Positions 46,396 to 54,892 of a stretch of 64,000 nucleotides of DNA are shown piece by piece (the first letter of the stretch is position 1; the number at the start of each line of letters is the position of its first letter). This DNA comes from an uncultured Planctomycetota bacterium (GTDB lineage Bacteria > Planctomycetota > Planctomycetia > Isosphaerales > Isosphaeraceae), in the NCBI GenBank assembly GCA_963823665.1, contig CAWGMQ010000004.1, positions 2,528,001 through 2,592,000 of the forward strand, in the 5' to 3' direction. The notes under the pieces are model-generated. The model ran no database searches and was not told the origin of the DNA. It saw nothing but the letters and a program-made list of their open reading frames with translations. A program made the position numbers and the translations under genes.

Positions 46396-48196
46396 CAGCG
46401 ATTCTCCAGGAAGAGGGCGAGGCGGAAAGACACATCAAGGGGACGGTCGAAGGGCGCGAGGGTGATTGGGCGTTCGTAAGTGCTCTTACGGCCGGAGAAT
46501 GCCGATCCGAGCGCCGATGCGAGGCGCGCATCGCGGTCGAACGGGCCAAACTCGAGGACGTTTCCGGCATCGGGCGGAGAGATCCGGTAGGGACCGGGTG
46601 CCGCGTGCGCGGGTAGAAGATGAGAAACGGGGGCCCCAGGCGCGCGAGTGCCGACCAGAAGATCGGCGAGGCGGCGGTCCCAGAGCATCCAGCGGGCGGG
46701 CCTGGCGATGCCATCATTGATCCAGGCTGCGTAGGCGACCGCCTCGACGTAGCTGATGCCGATGACGGGGAGGCAATGCGTCGACTTGCCCGGCAGGTCA
46801 TCGAGATCGACGGCGATGGGTATGCTGTCAAGGAGGGATGGCGGCGCCACGCCTACGTAGGACGCGAAGTGGGGCGGCGGGGCCGGGTCGTGCATGAAGG
46901 GGCCGTCGGCGACGATCGTGGCCCAACGTTCGGGGTCGCCGCCGGAGACGGGCACGGTTCCGCGCAACGGGTTAGCGTGATATCCCTGAAACGCACGCAC
47001 CTCGGCGGGAAGCGGACCGAACTCGCGCGCGGCCTGCGCGAGGAACGGACGGCCGCTCTTGAGGAACTGATTCATGTAAGGACCGATTTTCACGGGTGCC
47101 TGGTCGACGACCCAGCAACCGCCCGTGACGGGGATGATGGAGACGGCGGCCTGGTCGCGGATGCGGACGGCGGTTGCGAACGGGCCCTCGCCGCCGGTCG
47201 TCACGGGAACGACGTCGTCAACGTAGTGCCGGAGCGCTGCGGGCAGCCGGATCTCACCGATCCGGATCTCGGACTCGGCTTTGGGCCCGGGGATCGGGAC
47301 CTCGGGTTTGGGCGTTTCCAGCGCGTCACTTGCTACGGGCTGCGCCGGACGGGACCGCGCCCAGGCGATCGCGGCCGCTCCGGCCAGGAGGCTGCAACAG
47401 AGGCCTGCGGCCGCCACGATGACGAGGCGGCGGCTGAAGCGCGAGCCGCGTCTCCTGAGCTCATCGAGGATGAGCTCGGCGGAGGGACGAGCCTCCGGGT
47501 CGGGGTGGATCATTCTGGCGAGGAGCGAGTCGAAAGGCTCGAGCTGGGCGAAGAGCTCCGGCGGGATCGGAATGGGGCCATTCATGATCTGTCTGTCATA
47601 TGATAATTCGTCGACAAAAGTGCAGACCCGGCCGATGAAGCCGGGGCCGTGCGCCACGGCGAGGACCGAGACGCCGAGTGAGTAGATATCGATTGCGGTC
47701 GTGCGCAGGCCGTACAGGAGCTCAGCGCCTGAAAGGTGCGAGCTTCGCGGCGGGCCAGAGGGACGGCCTCACCGGGCCGCAGCCAGAAACCGTCGGTGAG
47801 GCGCGAGGGGGAGTGGCTGTCGGGCAGGAGCAAGGTGCTGGGGGTGATGTTGGCATGGATCATGTCGGCCTGGTGGGCGTAAGCCAGGGCGCGCGCGCCA
47901 GCCCGGCAGCGCAGCGATCACGACGCGAACGGGCACGCGTGGAATGTTTGCAGCGCAGCGGCCGCGAGAGTCGGCGTGAGCGATCTGGGTGAGGTCATTT
48001 TCGACGTGATAGATGGGCTCGATGTGATCACAGCCCTCGTGTAGCTTCATCTGGCGGAGAGCGCCGTGGCAGCGAACCGGCTCGGATGACTTGAAGTTCC
48101 GGCAGATACCGGTGAGGTTGTGCCGGCGCAGGCCCAGGGTTCAAATTCGGTTTCCGCAGTCGTCGCCACTGGAGGGGAGAAGTGCAACACGGACAT
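46395..48196 (-). CDS. Ser/Thr pseudokinase - TM - FGE/SUMF1-like domain protein (several frameshifts)
   Basis: HIEPIY, ALAYAHQADMIHANITPSTLLL, LTDGF, IDIYSLG, MIHPDPEARPS; TM; LPVIGISYVEAVAYAAW, AGNVLEF, VSFRL. Confidence 0.75.
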
Positions 48197-48296
48197 TGCT
48201 TGCTCCTTTGCGGTCATGAAGAGAGCGTGCGCCGCGTGGCGCATGCGCGTGGAAGCGTGTGAATGTCATCCTGTACGTAAGGATGAGGGGCCGATT

Positions 48297-49385
48297 TCAC
48301 GCGAGGCCGAAGAGGCGGGCGCATTTGACGGGCTGCGTGCCGGGGCCGAGGATGGGGAGCTTGCCCGAGAACGAGCAGGAGTTTTCGGACATTTCGAGCC
48401 GCGGTCCGGTGTCGTCATACTGGGTCAAGAAGAGGGGTTTGACGCGAAAGCCGCGGGTGCGTGCCGGTGCGATCTCGGCGATCTCGGCGACGCGACGCCG
48501 GCCGTCGTGGTCGCGTGTGACCTGGACGATCATGTGGACGGCGGCGAGCTGGCGGCGCACGGCCGATTCGGGGATGGGCGGGTCCGCGGTGAGCGAGAGC
48601 GATTCGAGGCGAACGATGGCGGCGCGCGGGGACTCGGCGTGGATGGTGGTCATCACGCCGGCGTGCCCGGAGAGCATGGCCTGAGCGACGTCGAGGGCTT
48701 CGGAGCGGCGCACTTCGCCGACAATGATTCGATCGGGGCGCATGCGGAGGCTGGCCTGGAACAGGTCGCGGATGGAGATGGGGCTGGCACCCGCGCCTGC
48801 GGGCTGGGCCTCGAGCGCGACGACGTGCGGGTGGTTTTCCAGGAACAGCTCGGAGGTATCTTCGATCAAGATCACGCGCTGGGCCTTGGGAATGCAGCCG
48901 GCGAGCGCGTTGAGGACAGTGGATTTGCCGGCGCCGGTGGGACCGGAGACGACGATGTTGCGCCCCGCCAGGACGGCGATCTCGAGAAACTCGGCAGCGG
49001 CGTCGGTGATTGCACCAAGCCTCAACAGATCGTGAAGGCCGGCGGAGGCTCGCCGGTAAGGCCGGATATTCACGTGCGGTTCACTGGCGCATGGTGGTAT
49101 GATCACATGCACTCTAGAACGATCCTCGAGGCGCGCGTCGAGGATCGGCTGCTCGGGGCTGACGGTGCGCCCGACAGCCTCGGCGACGCAGTTGATCAGG
49201 GCATTGAGCTGCCAGAGGCCGCCCGGGAAGGTCCGGCCGGTGGGCTCGAGGATTCCACGGCGCTCGATCAGGACGTGGTCGGGCCCGTTGATCAAGATCT
49301 CGGAGACTTGCGGGTCGTTCACGAGGTCGAGGAGCGGGCCGAGCAGGCCTTCCTGGACACTTTGATGCACGGAATTGACCGTCAC
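48297..49385 (-). CDS. cpaF: second CpaF/TadA family ATPase (no N-terminal extension)
   Basis: VSEILING, SGPTGAGKST, IEDTSEL, LRMRPDRIIVGEVR, SGHAGVMTTIHA; GTG start with GGAG RBS. Confidence 0.9.
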   Translation of the reverse strand: MTVNSVHQSVQEGLLGPLLDLVNDPQVSEILINGPDHVLIERRGILEPTGRTFPGGLWQLNALINCVAEAVGRTVSPEQPILDARLEDRSRVHVIIPPCASEPHVNIRPYRRASAGLHDLLRLGAITDAAAEFLEIAVLAGRNIVVSGPTGAGKSTVLNALAGCIPKAQRVILIEDTSELFLENHPHVVALEAQPAGAGASPISIRDLFQASLRMRPDRIIVGEVRRSEALDVAQAMLSGHAGVMTTIHAESPRAAIVRLESLSLTADPPIPESAVRRQLAAVHMIVQVTRDHDGRRRVAEIAEIAPARTRGFRVKPLFLTQYDDTGPRLEMSENSCSFSGKLPILGPGTQPVKCARLFGLA

Positions 49386-49488
49386 GGATCGGCTCCTATG
49401 GTTGAGGTCGCGCGCGGATCGGCCGTGCGGCGGGAATGGCGCGTGCGCATTCCCGGGCGCCGGCCCGATTGGAATCAACGGCCGCGAA

Positions 49489-50292
49489 TCAGTTGTTCTT
49501 GCTGTCGGCGAGGATGAGATTGGCGATCGCGCTGAGCTTCTTGCAGAGAGCCCGGCTGATGGCTTTTGCGTCGCTCGGCTCCAAGTTCAAGGCAGCAGCC
49601 GTGAGCCGGGTGTCGAAACGATGGAGGTACCACTGGGCGGCGAAACGCCGTTCGCCGATCGTCAGTGCATTTATGAGGACGTGAACCTCACACTTCAACG
49701 CGGCAAGTTTGGCGAAACACGCTTCGAGCCAGCGGGAGACGGTTGGTCGGCTGACGCAGAAATCGCGAGCGAGGTCGATGCCGCGTGCGCCATCGTACTG
49801 TGAACGGAGAAAGAGGGTGCGTTCCTTGCTGTCGAGACAGATGAGCAGCGTAGCCAAGCGCTCGCGGTCGTGCTCGAGCTCTTCGTCGTTGACGGCAAGG
49901 CGGCCGGGATCGAGATTCTCGGGGTCGCCAATCGCCTCCACCTCGACGCTCGCATCACACTCGATCCCGCGCTTTCGAAGGCGATCGTTGAGCACGTTCG
50001 TCAGGATGCGTTTCATCCAGGTGAGGACGGTGGCCCCATCTGGCCGCCAGAAATTGCCGCGCAGGCCGGCCTCGTAAACCCGCGCGACCGTCTCCTGCTG
50101 GAGATCTTCGGCATCGTCGAGCGCGTGGGAGATCCGGGCCGTTCCGGGGCGGGGCTTCAACCGCGCCAACTCAAACTCCGCGTGCTTGATCAAGTGCGGG
50201 CGGGTGAGGCGAACCAACTCGTCGATCGCGGGAATGTCACCCTGATAAAACCGCTTGAGCAGATTCGCGTGCCGCAGGTCGTCTTTCCTCAT
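49489..50292 (-). CDS. ECF-type sigma-70 factor with C-terminal extension
   Basis: Region 2 DAEDLQQETV...W..RILTNVLNDRLRK; region 4 HTH GIDLARDFCVSRPTVSRWL. Confidence 0.85.
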   Translation of the reverse strand: MRKDDLRHANLLKRFYQGDIPAIDELVRLTRPHLIKHAEFELARLKPRPGTARISHALDDAEDLQQETVARVYEAGLRGNFWRPDGATVLTWMKRILTNVLNDRLRKRGIECDASVEVEAIGDPENLDPGRLAVNDEELEHDRERLATLLICLDSKERTLFLRSQYDGARGIDLARDFCVSRPTVSRWLEACFAKLAALKCEVHVLINALTIGERRFAAQWYLHRFDTRLTAAALNLEPSDAKAISRALCKKLSAIANLILADSKNN

Positions 50293-50350
50293 GGTTGCAT
50301 CGATCCTCGGTTGTCAGAACGATCCCTGGTGAGAACGCTGCGAGGGATTT

Positions 50351-50366
50351 AGCACGTTCGATGCCA
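50351..50366 (-). promoter_or_regulatory. sigma54 (-24/-12) promoter upstream of ECF sigma/Tad operon
   Basis: TGGCATCGAACGTGCT (GG-N10-GC), 58 bp upstream of ATG. Confidence 0.65.
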
Positions 50367-50465
50367 TGGTTCGGGAGACGGCTCGGCGACCCCTTAACCG
50401 GGCTGATCCGAGCGACTTATGGCGATTGGAGCTTTGTGCGCCACGTGTGGCGGTTGTCGGGATTG

Positions 50466-50480
50466 CCGGAATCATTCCGG
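50466..50480. promoter_or_regulatory. putative enhancer (UAS) palindrome CCGGAA-N3-TTCCGG
   Basis: CCGGAATCATTCCGG with a flanking half-site, 100 bp upstream of the sigma54 box; same motif at 56669. Confidence 0.6.
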
Positions 50481-50738
50481 ATTTTCCGGGCCGATCGTCG
50501 GGCGTGGATTCCAAAACCGCGCCAGTCTGGGACACGGGCGGGAACAAGGCAGCGCACGCAGGCCGGTCGATCCCCGGCAAGCGGGCGAACAAGCGAAACG
50601 ACGCCGACGCCGGGAGCGCCGGCCGGCCTGGGCCGTTTGACCTTAAGTAAGCGCTCGGTAATTGCTAAAAGATGGCAATGTTAACCAAGGACCGGGGAGC
50701 TAATTATATTTAATTAATCATAATATTATCTTTATATA

Positions 50739-51593
50739 TTATGAGCGAGGCGGGGATGGCGCGTGGACCTTGGCGCCGGGCTCTGGGCGAGCGTGGTTGG
50801 CGGGCTTTCGCGCCTGCACCACGATGAAGCCGCGGCTTTTGTCGTAGTGGGCTTCCCGGTCGAAGTCGTGTGCCAGCATGGCCGACCAGAGCCGATCGGT
50901 CCGGACCCAGACAGGCCCGTACTTGTAGCGGGAGACGTCGAGGATGAGCAACCGATCGCGGTCGGCGCGGGCGTCTTCGTGGTAGGCCGCCACGGGGGAA
51001 ATATGGCCGGCGCCCTCCTGTCGAATGACCCGTCGCGCGAAGTTGACGATCAGGTAGCCGTCGTCGCTTGCGAGGGTTTTGCGAGCCGTGTCCTTGAACC
51101 GGTCGATCGAGCATTCTTCGGCGTATCCGAGCTGGACATCGATCGGGTAGGTCTTGAGTGCGCCTGCGAGCTGATCGAGGCGCATTCCCTGTTGCTTGAC
51201 GAGCTCGGGCGTCGCGACGCGGGAGACCTCGGCACTGAAAAAGTTGCGCTGGGTAAAGAGGGTGTAGGAGCGTGCGTCTTTTGCGAAATGCACCGGCCGC
51301 TCGATCGGCAGTGCGTTCAGGACCATGGTGCAGGTGGCCGGTCCGCAGTAGGTGAGCGTATCTTGAGTGGTGAAGTACTGGCAGAGGGGAATGAAGCTTG
51401 CCTGGTACTGGCTGTGTGCGAGGAGATCGCGGCCGGCGGGTGAGTTGAGCGCGATCAAGGATGGGTCGAGCACCAGCGAGCCGGGCGGATCGGCTGCGTG
51501 CGCCGTAGGTGAGATGCTGAGGCCGAGCGCGGCGAGCAGCCGGAGAATTGCCGGCAGGCTCGTCTGGAGGACGTGGGTGCTGGATGTGATCAT
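50739..51593 (-). CDS. exported phytochelatin synthase-like (papain-fold) protein
   Basis: QDTLTYCGPATCTMVLNAL (Cys), GHISPVAAY (His), LILDVSRYKYGPVWV (Asp), SRGF; signal peptide ending AHA. Confidence 0.9.
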   Translation of the reverse strand: MITSSTHVLQTSLPAILRLLAALGLSISPTAHAADPPGSLVLDPSLIALNSPAGRDLLAHSQYQASFIPLCQYFTTQDTLTYCGPATCTMVLNALPIERPVHFAKDARSYTLFTQRNFFSAEVSRVATPELVKQQGMRLDQLAGALKTYPIDVQLGYAEECSIDRFKDTARKTLASDDGYLIVNFARRVIRQEGAGHISPVAAYHEDARADRDRLLILDVSRYKYGPVWVRTDRLWSAMLAHDFDREAHYDKSRGFIVVQARKPANHARPEPGAKVHAPSPPRS

Positions 51594-51609
51594 TGGTGCT
51601 CCTTGCGTG

Positions 51610-53761
51610 TCAGCGGGTTGATGGAGGATTCTTGGGAGACTCTGTGTTGGCGACGGCGGCGGTGGTGGAAGCGGCCGGCGCGGGCCAGGTCCATTCGATG
51701 CTGTAGACGGTGGGCCGCTTGTCCGCGGGAGGACACGGGATTTCCCAGACGAACCAGCCTTTGGGAGTGGAGGGGCTGGGCACGACGCGGCCGGAGGTCG
51801 GTTTGACGCCGACGCGGATGCTCTTCCAGTGGTGTGGCTCTTCCTCGACCCGCAACCAGTAGGAGACGTTGTGATATCCGCGGGGAGGCAGATGGATGGC
51901 GAGATTGGATTTCGCGGTGGCGGGGTGGACTCGGGAACCCCACCAATCGTTTAGCTTACCGCGCGCGGATTGATCCTGGGCGGCGTTGAAGTAGACCGCG
52001 TGCGCGGCGACCTCGAACTCTTCGCCGTGGTTGCCCAGTTTCGAGACATCGACCAGAATGAAGCCGGTGAACGTGGAGTTCTTGACCGCCTTGCTCTGGT
52101 ACATGCTTTTGGCGCAGCGGACGAATTCGCGGTCGGGCCGGGGGATGTAAGGCACGACGCCGCAGCCGGAGGTATTGACCTCGATTGCGACCTTGTTGAC
52201 GACCCAGCCGGGCTTCTTGCGCAGGCGCAAGACCCTGGTGAAATAGGCCGGCTCGATGGGAGCCGCGTTGATCGCGACGTCGATCTTGGTGGGGTTTGAG
52301 CCGGGGTTCACCGGCACGGGCCGCCAATCGACGCTGTCGAAGAGCTTGCTATCCTCGAGGATTTCTACGCCGGGGAGAAACGCCTCTTCGGGCGGTGAAT
52401 CAACCCAGCGGCACCAAGGAGCGCACCCGGAGCCAGATTCGCGGGTGCCGAAGCGCGCGCTGAAGAGCGCCGGGGTGGTCAGGTACTCGCTCGCGAGCCG
52501 AGCGAGGGCAGAGCGATCGTGATGGCGCATGGCCAAGGTGTAGCCGTCCTTGGCGTGGTACCAGCGGCTGGCTCCCAGCGAGAGTACTCCGCCCAAGCTG
52601 AGTGTGGCGGCCTTCGCGAGGAAGCGCCGGCGTTCCCGGACGCGTGACTGGTCGAAGTGCCGCGAAACGTCGGCGCGGCAGGTGAGCCCGAGGCGGATGA
52701 CCTTGCGTGCGATTCGACGAACTTCACCGGCGACGGGAATGAGGACCATGCCTTCAGGCGGCGCGGCCATCGACTCGGATTCGCCCGCACCGACGAGGAC
52801 GATGCGGACACCATCTTGGGCGAGTGCCTCGAGCTTGGGCGCGAGCAAGCCGACGGGACCGGCGACTTCGGGTTTGGCGGGGCTTTCCCAGTCGACGGTC
52901 GCGGTGACCACGACCCAGGGAAAGAGCGCGCGTGAGGCGGCGCGGCCGGCCAGGTGCTGAGCGAGCCAGACGGCCATCGCACCGCTGCCCCCCACTGCGC
53001 GCCTGAGCCGAGGAAGCCGCAATTGTGCTCGAGCGTGAAGTAAGAGGAATCGCCCACGCGCGAGCGGACCTGTTCCATGGCCTTGCGGAAGCTATCGCCG
53101 AAAGGCGCGGGGTCGCTCGACCAGCAGCGGTTGTTCTGGCGGAGCAGCTCCAGCTCGACGAGCAGACCGGGGCGTAGGGAATCGGGAAGCGAGCCGCAGT
53201 GATCCCATGCGAAGACAACCCGCGCGTGGGCGCGGAACGCGCGGTGCCGGATTGATGCGGCGCGTTCCAATGCAACCGCGGCCAGACGGCGTGTGGCCCA
53301 ATTCATGCGTGAATAACCCTGAAGCTCGCGAGCGCCGGCGAGCGCTAGCTGAGCGAGCGAGTGTTCGCCTTTGCGGATCGCGCTCAAGGAGTCTCCCTTG
53401 CAGGTGGCGGCGAGCGTGCCCGAGTGCTCGTTCCAGAACGCGGCCACTTCCGGTGCGCCGCACAGCGCGGGGCTGCCCAGGACCAGAAGTCCTGGAGCCG
53501 CCGCGGATCGCGCCGGGACTCGAGCCCGACGACGAGCCGGCCGAGGAGCAGGCCCAGCACCGGGTCGAATTCGGAATCCCCGTGCCGCAGCGCGGTGTCG
53601 ACCAGCCCGCCCTCGCGCATGACCCAATCGAGGATCGGCTCATGCCGCACGATCTGAAGCCAGGCCAGATGCGACGCCAGGGCGTCATGGCTAATGGACT
53701 GCTCGAGGATCGGAAAGAACGAGCCACGATGAAGCGCATCAACCTGCTCGGTCCAGTTCAT
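51610..53761 (-). CDS. membrane-anchored protein with Lon/S16-like protease domain and extracytoplasmic C-terminal domain (two frameshifts)
   Basis: GGSGAMAVWLA...VVVTATVD...PVGLLAPKLEAL...GVRIVLV follows the Lon Ser-Lys domain pattern; then RRRFL + TM. Confidence 0.55.
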
Positions 53762-53869
53762 GATCTGCCTCTTCGGTCGAACGATTCACAAGGACCGGGA
53801 GCTCGCCACGCCGCTGCGCTTCCGACCTCGATCGGCGCGTCCGATATCGGAAGGTTGAGAGAGTCGGGT

Positions 53870-54610
53870 TCACGTATGGGCATCCGTGGCTGCCGAGGGC
53901 TGCGCGACCAGCGTGAGAGCCAACTTGGTGACCAGGCTGCCGGATGGGACGGCAAGGTCGCTTGAGCGCACGACGGCATAACCGTACTCGTTGAAAGGCT
54001 GTAGCAAGGGGACGGGCCTGCCACCCAACTCGATGACGAAGTTACACGGCGAAACCGCACCGTAGAGACGAACGGTCGCCAGGCCGTCGGTCGGATGAGG
54101 GAACACGCGGAGCCGCCTGCCGTCAGCCGACTGCAAGACGGTTTCGGATGGCCCACTGCACGAGGCGCGGGCGTCACCGACGGGCACTTCGGCCGGAGCA
54201 GCGTGTTCGTTCCCGGGCCGGGAAATTGGGTCTTTCGCGGCGATGGCGAGCACGGGGACGAACGTGACTCGCTCGGCAGCGGCCCAGGGGGTTGTACAAC
54301 GGGGGCGGCTCAATGCGCGTACCGCGCCGCGGTTGTGGCGGCTGGTGACTGCCGGCCTTGCTGGGAGCCGGACATGCTCGGACGCGTTGAGTCGCGGCAC
54401 GAGCTGGTCGTCAGGGATGCTGGCGACTCGCTCGACTGCCCTGCCCTGTGACTGGCAGCGTGCACACGTCTCCACGTGGCGTAATTCGGAATCGGTCAAG
54501 GATCCGTTCCTGGCCTCGAACCAGCGCGACAATGGTACGCAGGCGCTCGAATCAACGATTGGCGCTGGGTTTGTACCGTCCGATGACTCGCCGTCACAAT
54601 TGTTCTCCAT
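53870..54610 (-). CDS. zinc-binding anti-sigma (ZAS)-like soluble protein
   Basis: C...GSLTDSELRHVETCARCQ (HxxxCxxC); no TM seen. Confidence 0.6.
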   Translation of the reverse strand: MENNCDGESSDGTNPAPIVDSSACVPLSRWFEARNGSLTDSELRHVETCARCQSQGRAVERVASIPDDQLVPRLNASEHVRLPARPAVTSRHNRGAVRALSRPRCTTPWAAAERVTFVPVLAIAAKDPISRPGNEHAAPAEVPVGDARASCSGPSETVLQSADGRRLRVFPHPTDGLATVRLYGAVSPCNFVIELGGRPVPLLQPFNEYGYAVVRSSDLAVPSGSLVTKLALTLVAQPSAATDAHT

Positions 54611-54892
54611 GGTTACCTCTTCGCCCGACCGAAGGGAGGACGGGCGCAAGATTTAGGCGAGACGGCCGCACGCCGGCGGCAACCGGGCCGATCCCGGGAT
54701 GACATCTGCGCCGAACCCTTCAGCAATCCTTTACGAGAGGGGGTTCTGGGAATTTCGCGGTGCCGGTCGTGGGACGATCTGCCGAGCACGGTCATCCGCC
54801 GGGAAGATGGGGGCGGGTGACGATCGCGGCGGCGACGGCCGAGAGGTGTTGCCTGGGACGATTGGGTGCGGAGCGGGTAAGTTTGGGCCGTA

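Noticed and set aside
50739..51593. Heavy-metal resistance island
   Set aside because: No metal transporters or metal regulators nearby, and the PCS-like protein is the short exported type
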